DNA from: an uncultured Thermoleophilia bacterium
Lineage (GTDB): Bacteria; Actinomycetota; Thermoleophilia; Solirubrobacterales; CAVPYU01
Length of the DNA: 64,000 nucleotides
Direction of reading: 5' to 3'
NCBI GenBank assembly: GCA_963710065.1
Contig: CAVPYU010000005.1
Span: 624,143-688,142 of the forward strand
The first letter of the stretch is position 1. Each line of letters opens with the position of its first letter. Below are positions 55,474 through 63,064 of this stretch, in pieces. The notes below the pieces were generated by a model, which was given only the letters and a program-made list of their open reading frames with translations, made no database searches and was not told where the DNA came from. The translations under genes and the position numbers were made by a program.

Positions 55474-56901
55474 TTATGCGTTCGACTGAGACAGAAGCCA
55501 CAGCCCCAGCGTTGTGAAGCCGAGCATCACGATCAGCATCCAGTACTGAGACCTGGTCGCAACGTGTGACTCGCGGTACAGCTCCAGCGCTCTGTCGTGT
55601 GCCAGAATCAGACCACATACGTGACCAGTAACGAGCACCGCAACCTGCACGTACCAGACCGCGGTCGCACTTAAAACACCGTAGTCAACCGTCAGCGACG
55701 CAGTCCCAAAGATATCTGACCCGTTCCCTAGCGGGTCCGAAACAAGGGTTGCCACCGCCTGACCTTGAAATACGAGAAACGAAAAGTAGTGGGCGATTGA
55801 ATAGACGGCAGCTATCGGAACAAGTGAGTAGACGAAGCGTCGTGCGAGCTGCCTTGCATCGAGATCTCCACCCACAGTCAAGACCCCCTGTATTCCGATC
55901 CTGTAAAAGCCATAGACGAACAGGATCGCGAGACCCAGACCGACCGAAAAGGAGAGTGTGATTGGAACATCCCCTCCAAATCCGACCGACTGGAACCTAT
56001 CTGCCAGCCACGTTCCCACATCGGTCCACAGAGGGCCCTCGCTGGCCCCGTCAAAGCTGACCGATCCAATCAAGACGGCAAGTAGAGGTACGGTGCCCGG
56101 CAATAGATCCATGCGTGCAAGACCTGCGAGCGGTGGTCTCACCCCGACTCGATCGTCTCGACGCTCCCAGATCGAAATTTTCGACAATAAGTTGAAATAG
56201 ACCGAAAAGCCCTCCCCCTTCTCCGTCCATCTATCGATGCCGTAGACGCTCATCGCCAACCAGGTGATGACTGAATAGACAACTATCGCTACTGCCAACG
56301 AACTTGGGTCATCCCTACCTGGATGGGCAAGCTCCATCCAAGCGAAACCAAAAAGAATCGCCACTGCCGGCCAACGACCTAAAGTCTTTGGATAGGGAAT
56401 CGGGGCGGGTAGGGGGCTCCTCGAGACTGAACTTGCAACTACTGAGGCGGCCCTGGCAACGGCTCGCCAGGGATTGAAGGCCTTGAACAGATCTCCAAAA
56501 AGAATACTTGCAGGGACAAACCCAACCCAGAAGATCACGTAAACAAACGTAGGTGCGAAGTTTTTTGTAGGTACCTGTGTCCCTGCGAAGCCACTCCAGA
56601 CGGTCAAGATCAACAGAGCCACTCCGATAAGACCGGCGATAGCTTCGGTGACGGGATTCGTTATCAGGCCCGACAGATAAGCTGGCAAAGGTCGCCAGCC
56701 AGAATCGGCAAGCCTGGGAGACCTCCAGACTACGGCCAGAACCACAAATGAGACAAGCAGGACCAAGATTGCGGCCCAGACGAAGAGCCACTCGGGAATC
56801 GGAAGGTCAGCCCTTCCCACCAGTCCATGGGCGGATGCCCCTGTGGGATACGCCGACGATGATGCCAGGACACTAAAAATCGCTGCTGGAAACTTCTTCA
56901 C
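55474..56901 (-). CDS. polytopic integral membrane protein (10 or more helices), unknown function
   Basis: It has a signal-like N-terminus ending ASAHGLVGRADLPIPEW, then many hydrophobic helices. It appears to form an operon with the cupredoxin-like gene. Confidence 0.7.
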   Translation of the reverse strand: MKKFPAAIFSVLASSSAYPTGASAHGLVGRADLPIPEWLFVWAAILVLLVSFVVLAVVWRSPRLADSGWRPLPAYLSGLITNPVTEAIAGLIGVALLILTVWSGFAGTQVPTKNFAPTFVYVIFWVGFVPASILFGDLFKAFNPWRAVARAASVVASSVSRSPLPAPIPYPKTLGRWPAVAILFGFAWMELAHPGRDDPSSLAVAIVVYSVITWLAMSVYGIDRWTEKGEGFSVYFNLLSKISIWERRDDRVGVRPPLAGLARMDLLPGTVPLLAVLIGSVSFDGASEGPLWTDVGTWLADRFQSVGFGGDVPITLSFSVGLGLAILFVYGFYRIGIQGVLTVGGDLDARQLARRFVYSLVPIAAVYSIAHYFSFLVFQGQAVATLVSDPLGNGSDIFGTASLTVDYGVLSATAVWYVQVAVLVTGHVCGLILAHDRALELYRESHVATRSQYWMLIVMLGFTTLGLWLLSQSNA

Positions 56902-56910
56902 CGACTGCCC

Positions 56911-57357
56911 TTATGGCTCGACGACGATCTCGGCAATCTGCTTGTGTTTTCCGAAATGGGCCTCCACCTCAAAACGGCCGTCAAACTTCGCTGGAAAGCT
57001 AAAGATCACAGAACCGCCGGCGGTGACATTCTTCATTACGTTGTAGCCGTGGACGTGAATGCTTCCCTTCATGTCGGACTCAACCTTCAGCCTGACGGTC
57101 TCTCCTTTTTTCACCTCCACCTGCTTGACGGAGCCGACCGGAGCACCGTCCTTCACTTTAACCACCGGTGTCTGTTTCTGATTCTCTGCGCTATTGGACT
57201 TGGTTGATCCATCCCGTCCCGACGTGAGCATCTTCGATGTCGAAACAGGAGCTGTGTTCTCACTACCCTCGTTATTGTCTTTCAAGAATATGAAGAGGGC
57301 GATAGCCACCGCCGCCACACCTGCAATTACAAGTAGCTTGGATGCGGTAGAGCTCAC
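56911..57357 (-). CDS. membrane-anchored cupredoxin-like domain protein
   Basis: It has an N-terminal TM helix, a linker and a small beta domain with His-rich pattern GSIHVHGY...FEVEAH. Confidence 0.55.
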   Translation of the reverse strand: MSSTASKLLVIAGVAAVAIALFIFLKDNNEGSENTAPVSTSKMLTSGRDGSTKSNSAENQKQTPVVKVKDGAPVGSVKQVEVKKGETVRLKVESDMKGSIHVHGYNVMKNVTAGGSVIFSFPAKFDGRFEVEAHFGKHKQIAEIVVEP

Positions 57358-58112
57358 GAAGAGTCGCGACTGCTACGGGTACAGTTGACCGTATCCGCCA
57401 CTTTCAGCAATACGTTGTTCTGCATCCTGTAGTCGCCGCGGAAGAACCAGCGGTCGCTGCACCTGCTGGGCGTTGTGAAATAGTTGAACGTACGCTTGCC
57501 GCTTTTCGTTTTCTTTTTCTTTGATGCCTCTAGCCCAAAGTCGAGTAGCGTCATCGTAGGTACAACACCCTCAACCTCCGGCAGAGCCATGTCGTTAAAA
57601 CGGATCTGGTAGCCGTAGGCGTTACTCGTCAGCTTGGTGATGTGCCCGACTAAGACAGCCTGGAGTGAAACGACCGGGGAGGTCACCTGCAGTACCAACC
57701 TACCGACGTTCCCCTTGCCACTAGTAGTACGTTTAGCGTTGTATGTAACGACCTGCCCCTCAACCTCCGTATGTGGTCCGGAGAGAATCGAGAGCTTGAC
57801 ATCACCGGTCCCAAGTTTGCTGCCACTCGGACATACGCCCGAGGACTGAAGTTTTTTGACCGAGCAGAACCTTGCAGAGCGCACATCAATATTCGAGTTC
57901 GCGGGTAGATACCACGCCGCTCTTGCAACGTTCAGAGGCCTTATATTGCCCGTATCGACCGTCTCCTGCTTGAGCGTCAACTTGGCTGCCCTGTTGGGTC
58001 GTGTCGTGCTTGTATCGACGGTCAATGACTGGATCGTGTCTGCCACGGCTAAAGATGCGGACATCGATAGCGCCAATACGGCGGTCGTTGAAATTAGAAG
58101 AAATCTCGTCAT
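57354..58112 (-). CDS. secreted hypothetical protein
   Basis: It has a signal peptide (MTRFLLISTTAVLALSMSASLAVA) and overlaps the next gene by 4 nt. Confidence 0.6.
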   Translation of the reverse strand: MTRFLLISTTAVLALSMSASLAVADTIQSLTVDTSTTRPNRAAKLTLKQETVDTGNIRPLNVARAAWYLPANSNIDVRSARFCSVKKLQSSGVCPSGSKLGTGDVKLSILSGPHTEVEGQVVTYNAKRTTSGKGNVGRLVLQVTSPVVSLQAVLVGHITKLTSNAYGYQIRFNDMALPEVEGVVPTMTLLDFGLEASKKKKTKSGKRTFNYFTTPSRCSDRWFFRGDYRMQNNVLLKVADTVNCTRSSRDSS

Positions 58113-58234
58113 TGCAGGTATAAATCCTAGCTACTTGCTTGAAAACCCCTGTATGTAGCGGTTGTTTCGGTGATTTGCGCGCCGTTTCTACCGATCTCAT
58201 ACATAATTGGTTGTAACGAAACACCTTAACTTCT

Positions 58235-59123
58235 ATGTCAGAGCCCGGAGGAGCGATATACGCGCCGGAGTTCCCCAAGGATCTCCGATGGATCGGCAGC
58301 GAGCCGATCAAGTGGAGGGATCTCTTCGACCGTAAGGTGGTTTTGGTTGATTTCTGGGACTACACCTGCGTCAACTGTCTGCGAACACTTCCGTATCTCG
58401 CCGAATGGAATAGGCGCTACCACGACAAAGGGCTCGCGACGATCGGAGTGCACTCGCCGGAGTTCTCGTTTGCTGCGGACGATCAGACAGTGGAGTCAGC
58501 CGTCGATCGACTTGGGATCGAATACCCGGTCGTGGTGGACTTCGCCTACGAGATCTGGCAGCTCTACGGGAATCGCGGGTGGCCCGCAAATTACCTGTGG
58601 GACGAGAAGGGGAAGCTCATCTGGTTTCACTACGGCGAGGGCGAGTATAAAGCAACCGAAAGAGCCATCCAGAAAGCTTTACACGATCTGAATCCAAGCT
58701 TGGAGTTTCCCGACCCGATGGAGCCGGTTCGGGATACCGACCGTCCCGGCGCAGTCTGCTTGCGACCCACTCCGGAGCTTTACCTGGGCTCGGCGCGTGG
58801 CCAGTCGCCGGTGCCGATCGAAACGCAGTGGCCGATGGCAAATTGCCGACGAGTTCAGCGAGGCGCTTGAGGCCGGTGCCAAGATCGCTGTCTGCTTTGA
58901 AGCCGCAGGGGCCAATATCGTGTTGGCACCGCCCCAGAGTGGAAATTCCGATGTCGACGTAATGGTCGACGGCAATAAGATAAAAACGCTTGAGGTGTCC
59001 GAGCCACGGATGTATGAGCTTGTTGAGGATTCTGTGCACGAAGAACATCGATTGACGCTGTGCTTCAAGACACCCGGAACGCGTGCGTATGCGTTTACCT
59101 TCACACCTGGCTGTGCTGAATAG
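58235..59123 (+). pseudogene. DipZ-C-terminal-like thioredoxin-fold protein split by a frameshift (ORFs 58235..58870 and 58797..59123)
   Basis: The N part is a TlpA/redoxin fold with VVLVDFWDYTCVNCLRTLP. The second ORF encodes the beta-sandwich tail usually fused to it (...VCFEAAGANIVLAP...RAYAFTFTPGC). The two frames overlap by 74 nt. Confidence 0.7.
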
Positions 59124-59257
59124 GTAGTAACTCTCCAACTTTATAGTTTCTTGCGCGTTTCTCTATATACGAAAAAGCCAGGAAAAACCAATGTTGACAA
59201 GCATTTGCTGTGAGGGTAGTTTGGTTACTGGACCCGAATGCAAGGCGTTTAGTAACG

Positions 59258-59757
59258 ATGGTTAGAACACGGACGTACCGGAAATTGCAAAGGATGCTAC
59301 TGGTAGTAACTACTGCGTTAGCAGCGATCTGCATTCTGACGGCATCTGCCTTTGCAGTGTCGCAGGAGACCATATAGGCATCTCAGGACCGGCTGGAAAC
59401 GACTGTGGAACACCGAACATGGATTACCTAGGTGGCACAATCTCGCATTTTCCCACTATCCCCGCTGTGGGAGTACCGCTGATCGGAGGCACCAGTCAAG
59501 GCAACTCAGTGAACCGCTTCAACGCCGACTTCACGCCTGCAAGCAGCGGCACAGCACCTACGACCCCCACACCTGACACAACGGCACCACCGATCGACCT
59601 GACGTCTCCGGGGAGTAAAAGCACCTATCGCAGGCTCTCAAAGGTGAGCCTCACAACCGAGCCGGGCGCAACGGTAAAGATGGTGTTCTTGAGGTGCCTT
59701 GGCAGTAAGTGCACCGCTTCTGCCAAGGCAGCAAAGAAGTCGAAGACGAGCAAGTAA
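59258..59757 (+). pseudogene. truncated, frameshifted paralogue of the 59852..61012 secreted protein
   Basis: A signal-peptide ORF (MVRTRTYRKLQRMLLVVTTALAAICILTASAFAVSQETI*, 59258..59377) is followed in another frame by the body ORF, open from 59266 (track ORF 59419..59757). The tail is near-identical to 60422..60616. Confidence 0.55.
59521..59715 (+). repeat. 195-nt segment duplicated 901 nt downstream (copy A)
   Basis: By eye it aligns colinearly with 60422..60616. For example, cacctgacacaacggcaccaccgatcgacctgac is identical in both copies. Confidence 0.8.
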
Positions 59758-59851
59758 CTAATCAGCCTTAGCGCGAACTAACGACGGTTGACGAGTTCGA
59801 AAAATCGGGGTACTTTATATCTGGGTCCCCAAGGCTATTGGAAGGCAAGGT

Positions 59852-61012
59852 TTGATGATGAGTGGCAGGATGCTTCTTAGACTAAGGCCGATCGTTGCTG
59901 CGGTTTTTGTGTGCGCACTGATGGTTCCGGCGTCAGCAAGTGCGATCACCCTGGGTCCACCACTTCCCGGCTCACCTGCAGGTCCTCCTGACCCACCAGA
60001 ACCAACCGACTTTACGATCGTGCAAACTCACGTTGAACGGAACGAGCTAGACCCAGCTCCGATACAGACGTCGGTACCTTCAACCGGAACGATCACGATG
60101 TTTCGACTCCATATCGATCAAGTAAGCAGTGAGTCCCAAGTCAGATTCGGGATGGTGCGATCAATCAGTGGTGGGTTCCTCCCGACTAATGTCACAGCTC
60201 CCGTAACAATTAACGCCAGCATGGAAGGCCAAGTTCTAGAGGTGCCCGTCAACTTCCCTGTAGAGACAGGTGATTTCTATTCACTATCAGCCCTTCCTAA
60301 TGCTGACATCCAGTTTGGGGATATCCCTACTCATTCAGGCACTTTTTGGCCCTACTTTTTGCAATTATCGATTGGAGCCCCACTTACAGGCGCGGTGAGC
60401 GACGCAGGAATTCTTGCGATGAACGCCGAGTTCGAACCAGCAACGAGCACCACCCCAACACCCACCCCCACACCTGACACAACGGCACCACCGATCGACC
60501 TGACATCTCCGGGGAGTAAAAACACCTACCGCAGGCTCTCGAAGGTGAGCCTGACTACCGAGCCGGGCGCAACGGTTGAGATGGCACTTCTAAAGTGCCT
60601 TGGAGGCAAGTGCTCTACGACTGAGACTGCCTCAGACAAGTCAAAAGGTAAGGACAAGTCGAAGGGCGAGGGCAAGTCGAAGGGTAAGAAAAAGAGCAAG
60701 TGCCGCGCGTTTGTAAAGAAGAAGGCGAAGAAAAAGAAGAGGAGCTACTACTACTTCGGTGGCATAAAGGGCTCATGTGCGTTCGACAAGGTAAAGACAG
60801 CGTCCAAGAATCTGCACTCGATCCCATTGGATAACGCCGGCAAGGGCACGTTCAGCCTCGCAGGAAAGCTGCATGGGACAAAGAACAAGAAAGGCCTTGC
60901 GATACCTGGCAGGTATGTGCTCTATGTGCAGGCCACAGACGCTGCCGGTAACGCAAAGGTCGTTACGAAGCACTTCAGGGTTAAGAAGGGTAAATTGAAG
61001 AAGAGTAAGTGA
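59852..61012 (+). CDS. secreted protein with Pro/Thr linker, Ig-like modules and Lys-rich tail
   Basis: It has a signal peptide (VAAVFVCALMVPASASA), a TPTPTPTPDTTAPP linker and a KSKGKDKSKGEGKSKGKKKSK tract. Confidence 0.7.
   Translation: MMMSGRMLLRLRPIVAAVFVCALMVPASASAITLGPPLPGSPAGPPDPPEPTDFTIVQTHVERNELDPAPIQTSVPSTGTITMFRLHIDQVSSESQVRFGMVRSISGGFLPTNVTAPVTINASMEGQVLEVPVNFPVETGDFYSLSALPNADIQFGDIPTHSGTFWPYFLQLSIGAPLTGAVSDAGILAMNAEFEPATSTTPTPTPTPDTTAPPIDLTSPGSKNTYRRLSKVSLTTEPGATVEMALLKCLGGKCSTTETASDKSKGKDKSKGEGKSKGKKKSKCRAFVKKKAKKKKRSYYYFGGIKGSCAFDKVKTASKNLHSIPLDNAGKGTFSLAGKLHGTKNKKGLAIPGRYVLYVQATDAAGNAKVVTKHFRVKKGKLKKSK
60422..60616 (+). repeat. 195-nt segment, copy B of 59521..59715
   Basis: See copy A. 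The mismatches are scattered point differences only. Confidence 0.8.
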
Positions 61013-61018
61013 GGCCGT

Positions 61019-61762
61019 TTATTGCAAGGCTTCTCGACTCTGCGACGGTTTCACGCCGCCAAACAAAACGATCTCTAGCCACTTGAAGTAGATATCCACG
61101 TCTTCATAGCCGATCTCGTCTAACCAGTGAACCTGGTCATCGAGCGGGCTCGGCTTGTCTTGGTCATCGTCACGTTGCCAGAACTGCTCAACCTCTTCAC
61201 GACTTTTGCCATTTTCCCTCTGTTCCTCAAATTTGAGAATTTCATCGACGGCTCGTTGTTCGAATAACTGCTTTGTCGAGCCTTCACAGACTGTCACACA
61301 GTCCAGGTTCATGAAGATGCCGTCAGGGCCGAGCAGCTCGAAAACCTCGCTGTACAGCTCCCTCTTCCTGTCGTGCTCTAAGTGATGAATGCAGTAGGCA
61401 GAAAGAGCGGCATCGTATTTGCGGTCGTTTGGAATGGCTGAGACCCATGCACTGTTCGAGAGATCGGCCGCTATCAGCTTCACCCGATCGCCGTATCCTG
61501 CCAGACGCTTGCCAGCCTCCTCGATCATCGCATCGGAAAAATCGACCAGGACAGCATGAGATTCTGGAAAGCTCCGCAGCATAAGCTCGGCAACGACACC
61601 GTCACCGGCGCCCAGGTCTAGGTACATCTTCACTTCGCGGCCTCTCGATTCGATCAACTGTGCCATCAGCCTCATCGTTTCCCTGGCAAAGGGCAGCTCC
61701 ATACGCAGGCCCGATATCCAGGTATCGACCATTTCTCGTTTCTTCCAAGCGCTGCCACCCAT
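61019..61762 (-). CDS. class I SAM-dependent methyltransferase
   Basis: It has motif I YLDLGAGDGVVA and acidic post-I VLVDFSDAM. Confidence 0.85.
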   Translation of the reverse strand: MGGSAWKKREMVDTWISGLRMELPFARETMRLMAQLIESRGREVKMYLDLGAGDGVVAELMLRSFPESHAVLVDFSDAMIEEAGKRLAGYGDRVKLIAADLSNSAWVSAIPNDRKYDAALSAYCIHHLEHDRKRELYSEVFELLGPDGIFMNLDCVTVCEGSTKQLFEQRAVDEILKFEEQRENGKSREEVEQFWQRDDDQDKPSPLDDQVHWLDEIGYEDVDIYFKWLEIVLFGGVKPSQSREALQ

Positions 61763-61813
61763 AGCCGGAAATATAGCCTCGAACTGGAATATCGCGCAAA
61801 AACTGCCCGCCCC

Positions 61814-63064
61814 CTACCCCACCTCCGTCCCTGGGGCCGCCCGGTAGTCCCGACGCCAGTCCTTGAGCGCCGAGCGCTTGACCGCTCTTTTGCCGAAGCG
61901 GTTCTCGATCTCGTCGCAGGCGAATGCGAGTCGTAGCTCCCGGTCTCCGCCGAAAGAGAGCTGGATGCCCGGGCTCAGGCCGCTGACGCTGATTCCAAGC
62001 CCGGTGACCGGGTACTTGTCGGTCAGTTGCTCGAATCTGCGCAGAGTTCTGCACGCAAGACGGTGGATCGGTTCGGCGAGCGCCACCGGCTGCGGTGCGC
62101 TTGCCCTGCCCAGCTTTGAGAACTTCCGGTCGAAGTTGATCCAGGTCGTCACCGCCCGGCCCGATCGGTGCTGATGCCGGAGCCTTTTGGCGACACCCTC
62201 TGCAAGACCGAGCAGCGAGCGCTCGACCTCCGCCACGTCGCTGACGCCGCGCATCGTCAAGGAGTGCCCCACAGACCTCACCCGCTTGCGCTTGAAGCCC
62301 GGTTCCAGACGGCCTCCCCCGTGCCCGCGCCCTGCGCGCCACAGCGACCAGCCGTTGACGCCAAAGCGTTTGACCAGGCGTAGAGGGTCGGTCTCGGCAA
62401 GGTCGGCGATCGTGTATATGCCGAGCGTGGAGAGGTGCCTGGCCAGAGGCTTTGCGATGCCCTGTACCGTGGTGACAGATGCGTCTCCGAACTGTCCGAC
62501 AAAGTGCTCGGGACTACGGACCTCAGCGAGACCTTGGGGTTTGACCGACTCGGCGGCGACCTTGGCCGAGCGCTTCGAGTAGCCAACGCCGACCGACACC
62601 GGAAGGTCCAGCTCCTCACCTACACGCCGTCGCAGATCGGCGGCCGCAAAGAGTTCGAAGCCGAAACGGCTGCGCGGGTTGGCGACCTCGAGGTAGAACT
62701 CGTCGACGGATACAGCCTCGGTCGGGCCGTAGCTTTCACCGATGCGATATATCTGCCGACAGATCGCCAGATACTTCTCGAAATCCGAGCGCACGAACGC
62801 TGCATCGGGTCCCAGCCTTCTCTTTACGTCAAGAACACTCGAGGGACCGCGAATACCGCGGCGACGAGCCTCGTAGCTGACGGCGATGACCGCGCCTCGG
62901 TCACTTTTATACGGATCGTCGGTCTTGTGGGTGACGAACGTCGGCCGCCCACGCAGGTGTGGATGGTCGCGCTGCTCGACCGAGGCGTAGAAGGCGTCCA
63001 TGTCGAGGTAGATCACAGCCGTGTCACTCCCGAGGTCATGAGACCTCCGTCCGCGGCACGGCAT
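61814..63064 (-). CDS. dinB: Y-family DNA polymerase (DinB/Pol IV-like), copy 1
   Basis: It has IYLDMDAFYASVEQRD and the catalytic SVDEFY. Start ATG 63064 overlaps copy 2 by 29 nt. GTG 63016 is a non-overlapping alternative. Confidence 0.85.
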   Translation of the reverse strand: MPCRGRRSHDLGSDTAVIYLDMDAFYASVEQRDHPHLRGRPTFVTHKTDDPYKSDRGAVIAVSYEARRRGIRGPSSVLDVKRRLGPDAAFVRSDFEKYLAICRQIYRIGESYGPTEAVSVDEFYLEVANPRSRFGFELFAAADLRRRVGEELDLPVSVGVGYSKRSAKVAAESVKPQGLAEVRSPEHFVGQFGDASVTTVQGIAKPLARHLSTLGIYTIADLAETDPLRLVKRFGVNGWSLWRAGRGHGGGRLEPGFKRKRVRSVGHSLTMRGVSDVAEVERSLLGLAEGVAKRLRHQHRSGRAVTTWINFDRKFSKLGRASAPQPVALAEPIHRLACRTLRRFEQLTDKYPVTGLGISVSGLSPGIQLSFGGDRELRLAFACDEIENRFGKRAVKRSALKDWRRDYRAAPGTEVG

